Source: Tortispora ganteri (taxonomy: Eukaryota). From it: DNA of 64,000 nucleotides. Below the pieces are notes generated by a model. That model had not been told where the DNA came from, made no database searches, and was given only the letters and a program-made list of their open reading frames with translations. Position numbers and translations under genes: made by a program. This document shows, one piece after another, positions 44,588 to 56,262 of the stretch. The first letter of the stretch is position 1. The number at the start of each line of letters is the position of its first letter. The stretch covers positions 1-64,000 of the forward strand of contig PPNB01000005.1 of NCBI GenBank assembly GCA_003707115.1, read 5' to 3'.

Positions 44588-45385
44588 TCAATAATCTAGA
44601 CCTGCTGCTTTCGCAGCAGCAGCAATGTCTGCAGGAACAGATCGCTTGCGGCGGCGTTTTCTCTTCTGCTCTGGGTCTTTTTCAGTGAGGTCGTCGGAGT
44701 CATTGGAGTCGTCGTCGCTCAAACCATCGGTGGCTCCAGCGCTGGATTGTATGACTTCGCCAGTGTAAAGGACCTTGGCTCTAGGGATAATGTACCCCGC
44801 CTTGGACTTAACTATACCTTCGTCTGAGTCGTGGGCTGATATTACAGCTTTCACGACATATGATGGTCTCTTGACAGGGCCGAATACTTCGTAGACTGAT
44901 CCTAGCACTTTCCACACATTACTAGGCCCATGGTACATGCCAATTAAGGTGCCCTCATCTAGTACGCTAGTTTCACCAGAATAATCTCCCTGGACGATCA
45001 CTTTTATGATCTTTTTAGTACCGCTTTCAATAATAGCGGAGGATGTGATAGTTCCTAGTGGTTGTACTGGTAATATCTCGGGCAGCGTCATTCCAAACTT
45101 GAACGTTGGATCTTCGCTTACGTCTTCAAGCAACTCCTCCGGATTAACAAGGATTTTATCCTTTTTATTTGTAGCATCTTCATTGTCAGGATCAATTTCT
45201 ACCTGTTGCGGTTGCTCGTCTTCTGACTGCCAAGGTGATGATTCGGCCGATGACGAATCTACTTCTCTGTCTGATTCGAATGTCTGCTTCACCCCTGCTA
45301 GTGCTTCATCTAGTCTGTCAGGTTCTATTGTTGTATCTTCTGCGGATAATGAGAGGGGTTTACTGTCATTTTCCAGTTTAGACAT
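44588..45385 (-). CDS. NAF1: H/ACA snoRNP assembly factor (Gar1/Naf1 domain)
   Basis: Acidic N-terminus; VLDEGT...LG.VYEVFGPV.RP.Y.V core; SDDD acidic segment followed by a basic patch. Confidence 0.8.
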   Translation of the reverse strand: MSKLENDSKPLSLSAEDTTIEPDRLDEALAGVKQTFESDREVDSSSAESSPWQSEDEQPQQVEIDPDNEDATNKKDKILVNPEELLEDVSEDPTFKFGMTLPEILPVQPLGTITSSAIIESGTKKIIKVIVQGDYSGETSVLDEGTLIGMYHGPSNVWKVLGSVYEVFGPVKRPSYVVKAVISAHDSDEGIVKSKAGYIIPRAKVLYTGEVIQSSAGATDGLSDDDSNDSDDLTEKDPEQKRKRRRKRSVPADIAAAAKAAGLDY

Positions 45386-45509
45386 GGTTAGACGTCGAAA
45401 TATAAAATTTTGTATCTGCGAAATGAATCGTTTGTGTTGTCGACCTTTTGTCCCAAATTACCTCAACCGCTATATCTTTACACTTACTACCTTTAGTTGA
45501 TTTGTAAAT

Positions 45510-47174
45510 ATGGATAAATTAGTTATAGTTTTGCTGATTACAATAGCAATCAGATCATACTATGCATTATACATACCAATTCTAGATTGTGACGAGGTAT
45601 ATAATTATTGGGAACCTCTTCATTACTTTGTTCATCATTCAGGATTCCAAACATGGGAATATTCACCTCAATACTCCATAAGAAGCTGGTTCTACATCGC
45701 TATACACTCTCCAGTAATAAACATTGGAAAGAAATTAGCCTTCTCTAGAGTAACTCAGTTCTACAGTCTACGCATATGTTTATCAATTGTCTCTGCTTTG
45801 TCTGAATTCAGACTTTTTCTAGCCCTGAAACGTGTATACTCCCTCAGAATGGCCTCAATATATATGGCGTTCACAACGTTTGCTTGTGGAATGTCGCACG
45901 CTGCTGGAGCCTTTCTACCATCGTCTTTTGCCATGTATACATCAACATATGCTCTAGCATACTTCATAGAAGGAAAACTAGAAGCCTGCTACGTCTCCAC
46001 TGCCATTGGCGCCTTAATAGGATGGCCGTTTGCAGCCATAACTGGTGTGCCTTTTCTCCTTTCAAAAAGCGTACTGAGCAATGGCTTCAAAGCATTAGCT
46101 AAGATTGCTATCCTGATTGCAATAATAATAGCCTATGATTCCAGCTTATATGGAAAGTTCACATTCGTACCTTGGAATATCGTGAAATACAACGTGTTTT
46201 CGCAAACAACTTCTTCCGGACCTAATATATTTGGTACAGAATCTGCAGACTTTTACTTCAAGAACTTGGCTTTAAACTTCAACATAGTTTTTCCGCTGGC
46301 TTTGCTCTCGCCAATGTTCGCATTCACCAAGTCAGGAGTCGGTCGTAGACGCAAAACACTAGCTTGCTTTGCATCTACAACTTTGACCTTACTAGTTTTC
46401 ACACTCCAAGACCACAAGGAAGAACGATTTCTCTATATTATTTACCCAGCGCTTTCTTGTAATGCTGCACTAACCGTCATGGCTCTCCTTGATTTGGTTA
46501 GGGCGACTCAAGAAATTCTCATCACTAGCGCGGCAACCGCTTTCATTTGGGTCGTTCTTATGCTATACATACCTAGTATTGCTGCGTTGCTAAGCTATCT
46601 GCGTTCATCGACTTTGATTGCCTACTATAATGCTCCATTGTACGTCTACCCGCAGATACCCCCGAACTCTACAGTTTGCATAGGCAAGGAATGGTATCGT
46701 TTCCCATCATCCTTCCTTGTGCCTGATAACATTGAGACAGATTTCATAGAGGCTGGTTTTGATGGCCTTCTACCGGGAAAATTTACCGTTCCTGATGGAC
46801 AAAGGTTAATGACATTCATAACCCCAATAGGAATGAACGACCAGAATATCAAGGAGCCCGCTCACCTGGTACCCGAAACAATATGTGACTACATAGTTGA
46901 TTTAGATATGCCTTCCTCGCCCTCTTTATATTCGAACGCAATATTCTGCAAAGAATTTCTTGATCCTGCTGCGTCATCTGGACCAGGCAGACTCATCAGA
47001 ATACCAAATCCGGCTCACCGAATAACCCAAACCTTATTGACCTGGGGACGATACTGCATTTACCAGACTAATAAGGAAAGTGCGGCTGAGATCATTCAGG
47101 ATCGCATTACCGAAACGGGAAACCGGATGATATTCACTCCTATATCGACGAAATCTTATAACTTTGATGATTAG
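45510..47174 (+). CDS. ALG9: ER alpha-1,2-mannosyltransferase (GT22)
   Basis: DCDEVYNYWEPLH, FQTWEYSP.YSIRSW, HKEERF, C.GKEWYRFPSSF, GMNDQN.KEP. Confidence 0.95.
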   Translation: MDKLVIVLLITIAIRSYYALYIPILDCDEVYNYWEPLHYFVHHSGFQTWEYSPQYSIRSWFYIAIHSPVINIGKKLAFSRVTQFYSLRICLSIVSALSEFRLFLALKRVYSLRMASIYMAFTTFACGMSHAAGAFLPSSFAMYTSTYALAYFIEGKLEACYVSTAIGALIGWPFAAITGVPFLLSKSVLSNGFKALAKIAILIAIIIAYDSSLYGKFTFVPWNIVKYNVFSQTTSSGPNIFGTESADFYFKNLALNFNIVFPLALLSPMFAFTKSGVGRRRKTLACFASTTLTLLVFTLQDHKEERFLYIIYPALSCNAALTVMALLDLVRATQEILITSAATAFIWVVLMLYIPSIAALLSYLRSSTLIAYYNAPLYVYPQIPPNSTVCIGKEWYRFPSSFLVPDNIETDFIEAGFDGLLPGKFTVPDGQRLMTFITPIGMNDQNIKEPAHLVPETICDYIVDLDMPSSPSLYSNAIFCKEFLDPAASSGPGRLIRIPNPAHRITQTLLTWGRYCIYQTNKESAAEIIQDRITETGNRMIFTPISTKSYNFDD

Positions 47175-47412
47175 GTGCAGACCCGAGACAGAGCATATTT
47201 AACCCTCAACATTTTCGTTATGCCACCTGTACATAGGTAAACTCCGCTTTCTAGCCTATTTACCATCAAAACTCCAAAGGTTTCAAAGGAAAGGTAATCA
47301 ATTACCAACCTTCTAGTGCATCACCTCACTCATTTTCCTGCGCTGTCGCATCCTCTTTACAAGAAACGACCTTGAATTAACAAAAGGAGCCTTATACATA
47401 TCGACGGAAATC

Positions 47413-48636
47413 ATGGCGATATTACTAGAAGCTGCAGGCTTGGCGTATGAAAGGCCCGGCTTGATCTTAGCGATGGCTTTGCTTGTTATCAGCGTAGGCT
47501 ACTTATTCTATTCTCGACTTCATAAAGGAACGCAACTTTCTAGTAGCAACGAGAAACTGCCATTGACTAAAACGGTCGATCCAAATAAGACGAGAAAACC
47601 CGGTGAATGGTTTCCTGTCGACATATCGTTTCCCGATCCGCCCCCTTTTCCTGAATGGTCCAGAACTGAAACCAAGCCTCTAATGTATAGGCCGTTTAAC
47701 CACAAGTACAACATCACCATGGGAATAAGGAGCCTAGACTTGAATAGTTGGATAGAGATGGATAATGAATGGGATAAGTTCCACAACAGGAAGCTCGAAA
47801 GGTTGCAAGAGAAAGATAGATTCTACCATGGGCATCTCAATGACAAGGCATACGAGGGGCTTATGGAAGCATTGGAACTCATGCGAGATTATGTATGCGC
47901 AAGGTATCCTTCCATGTTTAAGAAGACGGAGGTGGGTCTTGATATACCACATACTGGTGAGTCTTTTGATATATACAAACCGTCAGAACCACCAGAAGTT
48001 ATTATTGCAAAACTGATGCAGGATGACTTCGCAATTATGGTGGAACACGACGATGGGGTTTATTATCTAGACGCTGGGTGCGTTCTCCTGGCTGGATTTT
48101 GGCGCCTTTCAGATAAGATTGGTTTGCCTCTTGAGAAAATCCATACTACCGGAGATGTGCCCAAATACAAAGAAAAATTGGACTATCCGATGGCCAAATT
48201 TTTCACAAGATTGCGACCTGACAAACCAGTTGCTCGAAACAACTATTTCATCCAAGTGGATGATGATGTTGCATGGTCTCATGCCATTGGCGATGAGTCT
48301 AACCCAGTAGTGGGCTGGTATACTGCCGAGAATGCGACTGACATAAACAGACTACATTTCCGGTCAGAGAGACAGACTGTCAGAAGGCTACCCAAATCTG
48401 GCGTCATAATGTTCACTATTAGAACATATTTCATTCCTATTACAGAAATATGCAAGGAACCCTATGTTCCAGGAAGATTGCTGGATGGTATTAGGTCATG
48501 GACACCTGATGTTGCTGAATACAAAGGGCTCGCCAAATACCAAGACATATTATTACCATTCCTCGAGAAAAAGCGACAAGAGCAACTAGATTCTGGGCTC
48601 AAAGAGGAAGAAGAAGAAGAAAAATACCCATTCTAA
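47413..48636 (+). CDS. DUF3445/HDOD-like protein with N-terminal membrane anchor
   Basis: YRPF...ITMGIR, QDDFAIM, GFWRL.DKIG..L..IH..G.VP, RNNYFIQ, FRSERQT.RRLPKSG...FTIRTY. Confidence 0.85.
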   Translation: MAILLEAAGLAYERPGLILAMALLVISVGYLFYSRLHKGTQLSSSNEKLPLTKTVDPNKTRKPGEWFPVDISFPDPPPFPEWSRTETKPLMYRPFNHKYNITMGIRSLDLNSWIEMDNEWDKFHNRKLERLQEKDRFYHGHLNDKAYEGLMEALELMRDYVCARYPSMFKKTEVGLDIPHTGESFDIYKPSEPPEVIIAKLMQDDFAIMVEHDDGVYYLDAGCVLLAGFWRLSDKIGLPLEKIHTTGDVPKYKEKLDYPMAKFFTRLRPDKPVARNNYFIQVDDDVAWSHAIGDESNPVVGWYTAENATDINRLHFRSERQTVRRLPKSGVIMFTIRTYFIPITEICKEPYVPGRLLDGIRSWTPDVAEYKGLAKYQDILLPFLEKKRQEQLDSGLKEEEEEEKYPF

Positions 48637-48781
48637 TATAGAATGGCGTGTATATATCTCTGACAGTCAGCTCAGAGCTCGCCAAAAGGCAAGTTTACGA
48701 TTTAACTACAAATTTCAAGAGGTCATTTCTATTTAGAATCAAATGTAATAATGATTTAAGGCGCCATAGCAGAATGTAGAG

Positions 48782-51700
48782 TCACATTCCAAAATCAAAA
48801 GCACTAAGATCAGGGGTCTCTGACACTATTGCCGGCGGAGGCTTTAACGTTTCCCTCCTGCTTCGGAACTCATCTACAGGGTCGACAGAACCAGCTATAG
48901 TGGAAGAAGGTATCTCATCATGATTTGAAATACCATGGTTCAATGAAGCTGATTTGGTATTGGTGAATTTCCAGTTCTTAACAATATCCAGGGCCAAGAT
49001 ATCACAGCCCATTCGATCGTACAAGTAAGCAACACGTAAAAGGAATTGCCACTCAATATCTGGAGGAATTACTAGTTCGCCTACTCGAGTTCTCAGAGTA
49101 ACGGCCGAAAGTTCTTTATAAAGAACTATCAGAACAGGGTCCATAACAAGGAAAGATAAGCTATAGGCCTTAAGCGTTTCTAAGCCCGTTCGGGATGATA
49201 TTAATGAGCTATCAATACCTTCCTTAGATGCGACACTCACAGGCGTAGCTATTCCACTGAATGCATAAAGAGGGTCGTTTTCAGAAATCAAATTGTGTTC
49301 ATCTGACGGGGTTGACAAACACGAAACACGGAGCTCAACCGGCGCGTTCACAAGAACTTGCACAGCGTTATGATGCTCGCCAAGAGACCAAAACACCAAG
49401 CTCGAGAGCCATCTATCACAAATTAGCGCTGAATTTTGTAATACTTCCTCTCTGTAAATTCGCACAAGAGAAGGGCTTTTATCACCTTCATATGCACGAC
49501 ATATAGCCACTGCCAATTGTATATCATGGAGTTGACGTATACACACACGGGCAGCATCCCACAAGGCGTCACCAAGCAGAAAGAAGGCCGCCGCATATTC
49601 ATAGTTATGTTTAGATAGAAGTGCAAAAGCATTCTTCAGAGCAGCTGTCTTCCATCTAGGTTCTGTAAAGTCATGCTGCAGAAATGCCAAAGTCTTAGCC
49701 TGATCCTTGTGGAACCCACACATCTTCCACAAACCCAGCAGAACTGTCTTTTTTCTCAGAGCTAAATAGAATAAAGAGCAGTTCACGGGGTCACGGTGTT
49801 CACCCTGCGTAAAATGGTTCCTAGCAAGTATTTCCATTTGCTTTCTGACTGATATATCGTCTTTGAGCCAGAAGAACATGCCGCAATCACGTGCGTTTTT
49901 CCACAATAAAGTGTTGTTAAAAGCCTTGCTGATAATATCAACAAGAACTCCTTGACTTTCGCTATGCAAAGCCCAATTAAAATCACGGGAATGCATAGAG
50001 CTCTGATGAGGATGAATCTGATAGAGCTTAAAAGACAATAAAAATCGCAGCGCATTTCGGTCCAGTGATCTCCGATCACGCTCCATATCAGCCAAGCTTT
50101 CAAGCACACCAATTAGCGATATCTGCTGGTGGCCAGTAAGATATGGCAAGGAGACCATAGATAGTCTTTTTCTGAGATAACCAACAAGCTTGTCATCAAA
50201 GCTACTGAAGCTTGCAGCAGAATCAAAAGAATATCCATTAGTAACAGAGGGCGCAGTGCCTGCATCGTTCCCGCTGGCAGTGAAAATACCTACTACACCA
50301 TCTGAATCATAATCAGGATCCGGCCCTTGCAGGAAAACCTCGATATCAATGTCCAAATCTGAAGAGATATTAGCTACCTTGGATTCATTCCATTCATCAG
50401 CAAAAAGTTGTCTGGCCAACTGGATGAATATTTTGTGGACCACGTGTAATTTTCCCAAAAAAATAGCTTGAATTACCAACTGCGGGTGGTAGTATACCAG
50501 AGGTCCATTAAGAAGCGACGCTATCTCAAAGATATTATCTATAGAGGCATTATATGCTCCCAACTGCAAAAGCATATTTGCATGGCCAACATCAATATGT
50601 TTTGGATGTACCATAAGCTGGTTTCCAAATGACATCACGAAGATACCTCTATCAAGCCAAATAGAGTCGCCCATGGCATGAGTAGATATTTCTTTTATAT
50701 CAATTTCTCGAAATGAAACCCATGCAGGAGTTTCGCGGGCATAATCATAACGCAGTTGACAATATTGCCGAACTTTATGAGGGAAATCGATAGAAAGCAA
50801 GTTCTGAGAACTTGGAGTGCATGTCCAGTCAATTCCCTGTACATATTCATCATACGTATCAAATATCTCCTGGTACTCGAGCCTATTAAAGCCAAACCCT
50901 GTATTCCATATCTGGAGACATCGACCGGACTTGTCTGTGACAGCCAGAGTTCTCGTAGTGGAGCCCCTAGCAAGCCCAATTCCGTCAAGTCCGGTCTCGA
51001 AAGAAGAAATTTGAAGCCATTCTATATGCAAAGGATTATCTAGCACCTTAGAGACACGTGCAGTCCAAGTGCGCACAGTTCCGGTAGGAGAAGTAGTTAT
51101 GAGCACTTCTGTTTGAAAATGATCGAGGAACTCAGTGGACACAAGGTCCGACCTACTAGCGGGGTCAACGGGGAACACCGACTCAAGGTCATCCGAAAGA
51201 GGCAAGACAAACCTTTGAGCCAAAATAATTCTCGAATTGTCCTGGACGTCATACAGTGCACCAGACTTGTCAGAGTATATGGCGATGATAGCATGAGATG
51301 CGGAGTACCTCACAGTGGGAAGATGCATAAAACATATAGGGTTACACTGGTCCAGAGGAAGAGAGTAAGATGCTACTAGCTTTGAAGTAGAAGATGAACA
51401 CTCGAAAAGGAGAATTTTTCTTTCATGTAACGAGAGAACATGACCACTCTCATCAAGTACAAGGCATGCATGAGACTTACTGGGGAAAGTTATAACGCAA
51501 TCTCGATTTAATGTGAGCTGCGAATGAATAGTCTTAGGCCTCCAAAGAGTTGCTTCCCAGAAATCACTCGTAGATAAAAGAATGGACCCGCTCAAATTAC
51601 GGTCCAAACGGCGGACAGATTTGTAATGGCCGGTCCACACGTTTATGAGTTCAAGACGGCTTGGAGCGATAAGTGAAGGGGCCTGATCCAGCAGGCGATC

Positions 51701-52834
51701 AAGGTAAGAAGAAAAATGATATATTATACCAGAAAAGTCATGGAAGATGAAATGGAGGTCAAACTGATCAGATGGGTCCAGAGCAGGATAAGCCGTGAAT
51801 GTAAAAGATGAGACGCCTCTTGGGAAAAATGGCAGTTCAGACCCGTCAGTGAAAACAGGCAAAACAGAGAGTAAATGAGGATCTGAGAAAGAAGAGCCTT
51901 CTATCGACCAAGCACACATGCAGCCCGAATCATCCAAGCAAACAACTATTTCTGGAAGAGAGGAAGCAAGCTGAGCAAGGCGAGAGAGCGTAGAGGAGAC
52001 CGCTGAAGTGGCGGGTGCCGACGACCTAGCAACAGCGTGTTCACAGGATCTGGAAAATAGTTGGTTTGTAAGTATGACGGGGTATAAGGATCTAGACGGG
52101 GTCGAGAAAGCAGTGGATAGGTCGAGCGAGAGCCATAAGTGAAAGCTACCCGAGGAGGAGTCGTCGATGGGTGCCCAGACGCGAAAGATGTTATCTGAAG
52201 CAAAAGTATAAAGCGTGTGACGTTGAGAGTCTGTAGGGGAGAAAGGAATTCGCCATTGCAGGAGACGCAAAGTGGCTGGGTGCGGAAGATAGACGAAATC
52301 GAAATCTGGGTTGTCGTAATCGAAGGAGAGTCTACGCCAGGCCTTAACTAGATGGTCATTATGGGCCACGGTAGCAAGCCAGACAGAGTCATGCGAAAGA
52401 GCAGAAAGAGCACAGGGATGAGGAATCGGTATAGACCAGAGAAGAGAGGATGAGTTCGATAGCAATGACCAGAGAGAGAGGGAGGTGGAAGCGGATATGA
52501 GTTCAGATGGAGAGGTCCAGTGTAGGGCCGTTACAGGAGATGGGGAGGAGTGAGGGAAAGATTGCAACAAGAACCATTTTAATGAGTGTGAATCGTATGC
52601 GAATATAGATATTGAAGTCTCGACGGATACTGCGATCGATCCGGATTCCTGGTGCAAAGATATAGCAGAAGCGTCAGATTCGAGACGCAGTACTTGTGTT
52701 AGGACGGACCAATTGCGCAGTACTACAACGTTGTTACCGGTAGAATAGACAAATAGAGGAACACCAGCAAACATGCAGGAAGCATAAGCGGAGTTTACTG
52801 GGTTCGGTCTGCCTGGCAGAATGCCTGGAGCCAT
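48782..52834 (-). CDS. RAV1: RAVE complex subunit (WD40 + Rav1 C domain)
   Basis: ILPGRPN N-terminus, GH.KSV..L.R, P.YHPQL..Q, WALHSESQ, RWKTAALKNAFALLSK..YEYAAAFFLLGD. Confidence 0.95.
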   Translation of the reverse strand: MAPGILPGRPNPVNSAYASCMFAGVPLFVYSTGNNVVVLRNWSVLTQVLRLESDASAISLHQESGSIAVSVETSISIFAYDSHSLKWFLLQSFPHSSPSPVTALHWTSPSELISASTSLSLWSLLSNSSSLLWSIPIPHPCALSALSHDSVWLATVAHNDHLVKAWRRLSFDYDNPDFDFVYLPHPATLRLLQWRIPFSPTDSQRHTLYTFASDNIFRVWAPIDDSSSGSFHLWLSLDLSTAFSTPSRSLYPVILTNQLFSRSCEHAVARSSAPATSAVSSTLSRLAQLASSLPEIVVCLDDSGCMCAWSIEGSSFSDPHLLSVLPVFTDGSELPFFPRGVSSFTFTAYPALDPSDQFDLHFIFHDFSGIIYHFSSYLDRLLDQAPSLIAPSRLELINVWTGHYKSVRRLDRNLSGSILLSTSDFWEATLWRPKTIHSQLTLNRDCVITFPSKSHACLVLDESGHVLSLHERKILLFECSSSTSKLVASYSLPLDQCNPICFMHLPTVRYSASHAIIAIYSDKSGALYDVQDNSRIILAQRFVLPLSDDLESVFPVDPASRSDLVSTEFLDHFQTEVLITTSPTGTVRTWTARVSKVLDNPLHIEWLQISSFETGLDGIGLARGSTTRTLAVTDKSGRCLQIWNTGFGFNRLEYQEIFDTYDEYVQGIDWTCTPSSQNLLSIDFPHKVRQYCQLRYDYARETPAWVSFREIDIKEISTHAMGDSIWLDRGIFVMSFGNQLMVHPKHIDVGHANMLLQLGAYNASIDNIFEIASLLNGPLVYYHPQLVIQAIFLGKLHVVHKIFIQLARQLFADEWNESKVANISSDLDIDIEVFLQGPDPDYDSDGVVGIFTASGNDAGTAPSVTNGYSFDSAASFSSFDDKLVGYLRKRLSMVSLPYLTGHQQISLIGVLESLADMERDRRSLDRNALRFLLSFKLYQIHPHQSSMHSRDFNWALHSESQGVLVDIISKAFNNTLLWKNARDCGMFFWLKDDISVRKQMEILARNHFTQGEHRDPVNCSLFYLALRKKTVLLGLWKMCGFHKDQAKTLAFLQHDFTEPRWKTAALKNAFALLSKHNYEYAAAFFLLGDALWDAARVCIRQLHDIQLAVAICRAYEGDKSPSLVRIYREEVLQNSALICDRWLSSLVFWSLGEHHNAVQVLVNAPVELRVSCLSTPSDEHNLISENDPLYAFSGIATPVSVASKEGIDSSLISSRTGLETLKAYSLSFLVMDPVLIVLYKELSAVTLRTRVGELVIPPDIEWQFLLRVAYLYDRMGCDILALDIVKNWKFTNTKSASLNHGISNHDEIPSSTIAGSVDPVDEFRSRRETLKPPPAIVSETPDLSAFDFGM

Positions 52835-52953
52835 ATATCAACGGTAGTGGGAGGTGTCTTAGAGTGTGAGTCGACCCGCTACTGAATTGGGAAAGTACAT
52901 TAGCGAGGGCGGAAGCAGGTTGATTGAACAGACGGGAAAAAAAGGCTCTACAG

Positions 52954-53196
52954 ATGAATCTGCGAGATTTACAGATCCATGGTTTTAGAAGCAATTTTGA
53001 AGGAGAAGATGAAATAGATGAAGACAGTAGGTCGGTCGATTGGAGCGATTACAGTGAATCTGACGCACAAATAGAATGGGAAGAATCGCTTAAGCAGCTG
53101 GAACATCTCATTGGATATATATGTGCACCGACAATAGGCAGGTTCCTTGGTAGACGGTTTGCGATATTTTTATGGGGGCGATGGAATACTTTATAA
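52954..53196 (+). CDS. MIM2: Mitochondrial import protein Mim2
   Basis: Acidic N-terminus then SDAQ.EWEESL.QL..L.....P..GRFLGRRFA. Confidence 0.85.
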   Translation: MNLRDLQIHGFRSNFEGEDEIDEDSRSVDWSDYSESDAQIEWEESLKQLEHLIGYICAPTIGRFLGRRFAIFLWGRWNTL

Positions 53197-53591
53197 GTAA
53201 GACAAGTTGATCTGTAAGATGACTGCGAGGCGCATGTGGCGAGAAAAAGCACGATTCCTGACGCGAAATGAGATGCTAGCACGAACAAATTACAATAACC
53301 AAAGGAAAAAAAAGAGATTAATTTTTTTATTTACTGCTGATTTTTATAAAAATAACATGCATATTAATTTTTTAAAAAGAAGTATTCATACGCGCGATAT
53401 GCATATCACGATCCAATACGTGCATAAACTTAACATTACACACATACCAATATATGTGCTATATGCCATAAAAGTAGTCCAATTTTGTATTATTTTCTTG
53501 GATCCTCCATGTATTCCTAGATTTAGTTCATCTTCTTCATCTGACATTCTTTTTTCTTTGTTAGCTGCAAACTACAACTACTTACGCCGGT

Positions 53592-55988
53592 ATGTCTGAT
53601 TACAACTCGTTCGATGCGTCAAATCCACTCAAATACACGTCTCAAAACAACAACAATGTCGATAACCGCGACGCTCTCTCGCAAGACTACCGCAACGACC
53701 CAAACAACGTTCAAAGAGTTGATGATAACTATATATACTCTGAAGAGCAAATACTCGTTTTGCAATCAATTGCCAAAGCTGCTCATCTGTTCGATCCAAA
53801 TGGTGATTCTTTCCTCACACTGTATCGAATATATCAACAGGCGCTAAACAATGACCTGATCTCCGACCACAGCGCCTCGTTTAGCTTTATAGCTAAATTG
53901 GCTTCTGTTGATCTGCCTACATGGAAGCAAAGATTTGAATATCTTGTCGAACTTACTCCGCACCACGGCATCTTCACTAAAAACGAGTACATATCTCTAC
54001 ATAAACGCGCTCTCGATATTGCGTACCAGAACTTCCAGCTGCAAAAGCTCAATGATTACTTCAATAAATGGTGTCGCCATACAACACGTCGTCTCAGGGA
54101 TAGGTTCAATGCATTTGACTATATTGTACCAATAATCGATGCTTGGAATGCCAAACATGTTCTAAATATTTGGAGATTGCAGCTTACTAACAATAACCAA
54201 ATGAGGTTTCGCGCTATTGACTTCAACAACCGCTCACTATCTAAAAGAGCTGTTGGTGCATTCAAAAATAAGCTATCAGTTTCACTGATTCCTGTACATG
54301 CAGCTGATCTATTTCATGCAAAAGGATATCTACTAAATTGGCGTGCTGCTTGTGCTTACTATGCATTCTTAGCTAATTCATCAAAGTCATCATTCAACCA
54401 AAAAACCTTGACACAATCGTTTCATATATGGAAAAAAATGCTATATATAAAACAAGCACAGTTGAATTTCTCGACTTCCGTGAAATCAAGAGTTTTAGCG
54501 AAATGGCGCATGCGATATCGGAACAATGCCCAACTCGTTAACGACGCCATATTTGCTCATTATTGTATCACAGCGTCAAAATATCTTCACACGATGTCTA
54601 TCAAGCTACATGCTCTGCAGCAAAAACAATCTCTTGCAGATATATTTAGCAATAGACGCATTCTGCGCATAACATTCTCACATTGGGTTGCTGCTGTGCC
54701 AAGGTCACAGAGGCTCAGACATTTCGTTGCAAAAAGAAATGAAATAACAGCTAAAAATGCCCTTAGGCGCTGGATTTATTCATATGCGAACTATTCCATC
54801 GCCTATGAGTTTCTGTCGCAGTCCCTGTCTTCTAAGGCATTTCAGACATGGAGACTGACTGCCCGACTAAGCCTACACAGACTGAAGAGTGAAGTAGATT
54901 CACTGTCACTGTATATGAAATCATGGAAATTGAGTACCAGACTCTCTCTGTATACTTCAGAACTCAATTACCGATCAGCGCTCACTACAATCGTACTCTG
55001 GAATCAGCACTACCAGAGGGTCAAGAAATTGGAGCACAGTGCCCAGTTAATACGCAAGAATGGACTTGAGCGGAGACAGAAGATCTCTGTATTATCTGTA
55101 TGGTTCTTAAAAACGTATCATTACAAGAATTCCTCTTTGCGTGCAGAGGCTTTATACTATACGGCAAAAGGCCGTGGCGCTCTCAAGTCTTGGCAAAAAC
55201 AGATGAAGCTATGCCTAGTCGATAAAGACACAGCCACGTATAAATACAGCACGAATATAGCGAGAAAATATATCCACACCTGGAAATTTACGCTGGAAGT
55301 TAAACAGACTGCTCATAGGGAGACACTACTATCCTCGTTCGTACATGCACAACACTGGAAGAAAAAGAAAGCCATACTTCACAAATGGAGGTTTCTTTTT
55401 AAGCAAGTTACATCAGATCTAAAAGGTAAAGCCGACGAATTCTACCGCGATCACAGCAAACTGCTAGTCAAAAGGGCTACGCGTAACTGGTGCAATTATC
55501 ATGCTGCTGTTCTAGCAAACATAAAAAAGGCCGAGCAGTTTTATGACCAACTGTGTTTGAACACGTTCTATACGTGGCGTGAATACTTTGAAGAGGTACT
55601 ACTCATGCTAGAGGATGCAGACGGACAGTTTTACGCATATTCGAGCCGAAAGACGATTTCACTATTTAGATCCTGGAACTTGAGACTGTTCCGAATCATG
55701 TCTATGAACGAAGAAGCTTGCAGATTGAGATCGCGGTCAGAGAGAAGCCAAATGAGGAAACTGCTTTACAAATGGGCCGAATCTGCATCCGAATCCAACA
55801 ATCAGAACAAGGTGAATATTGCTAGCACAGCAAATTATCCGTTATCGCTTGCTGGACTAAGCTTGGAAAAGAAAATCGCGACACGTGATATTGCTCCCAC
55901 GCCGCGTTCGACTTACGAAACTCCTATAAGACAGCAAGCTAGACGGAAAGCATTACTTACTCCACTTAACCTGAAAAACGCAGAATGA
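53592..55988 (+). CDS. SFI1: Spindle-pole-body centrin-binding protein
   Basis: Many Trp-ending helical repeats (F..W, L..W+), basic C-terminus with TP sites; CGCGAAA/ACGCG cell-cycle motifs upstream. Confidence 0.8.
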   Translation: MSDYNSFDASNPLKYTSQNNNNVDNRDALSQDYRNDPNNVQRVDDNYIYSEEQILVLQSIAKAAHLFDPNGDSFLTLYRIYQQALNNDLISDHSASFSFIAKLASVDLPTWKQRFEYLVELTPHHGIFTKNEYISLHKRALDIAYQNFQLQKLNDYFNKWCRHTTRRLRDRFNAFDYIVPIIDAWNAKHVLNIWRLQLTNNNQMRFRAIDFNNRSLSKRAVGAFKNKLSVSLIPVHAADLFHAKGYLLNWRAACAYYAFLANSSKSSFNQKTLTQSFHIWKKMLYIKQAQLNFSTSVKSRVLAKWRMRYRNNAQLVNDAIFAHYCITASKYLHTMSIKLHALQQKQSLADIFSNRRILRITFSHWVAAVPRSQRLRHFVAKRNEITAKNALRRWIYSYANYSIAYEFLSQSLSSKAFQTWRLTARLSLHRLKSEVDSLSLYMKSWKLSTRLSLYTSELNYRSALTTIVLWNQHYQRVKKLEHSAQLIRKNGLERRQKISVLSVWFLKTYHYKNSSLRAEALYYTAKGRGALKSWQKQMKLCLVDKDTATYKYSTNIARKYIHTWKFTLEVKQTAHRETLLSSFVHAQHWKKKKAILHKWRFLFKQVTSDLKGKADEFYRDHSKLLVKRATRNWCNYHAAVLANIKKAEQFYDQLCLNTFYTWREYFEEVLLMLEDADGQFYAYSSRKTISLFRSWNLRLFRIMSMNEEACRLRSRSERSQMRKLLYKWAESASESNNQNKVNIASTANYPLSLAGLSLEKKIATRDIAPTPRSTYETPIRQQARRKALLTPLNLKNAE

Positions 55989-56262
55989 CACCTTTTTTAA
56001 CGTTAATATCGAAGGAATAAAAAATATGCATAGCTATGTTTCGAACAGGAAGAATAGCCAATGCGAAGAGCGCGAAGACTCACATTGAAACGATATGTGC
56101 CGTCGATCTTCCGGGGTGATGAAGTAGTGAGCCGCACTAACGTATTTACCCCGCGATCGGGGCATGCCACTTATAAGCCCGGCTTTTCGCGCAACATGAT
56201 TAGCACTCTACCCATACATAATAGACATAGAAAGAAATTAAAGAAGAGGTAAAAGAAACAAG

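Noticed and set aside
53340..53410. Palindromes upstream of SFI1 (ATTTTTATAAAAAT, GATATGCATATC)
   Set aside because: Short AT-rich palindromes are expected by chance
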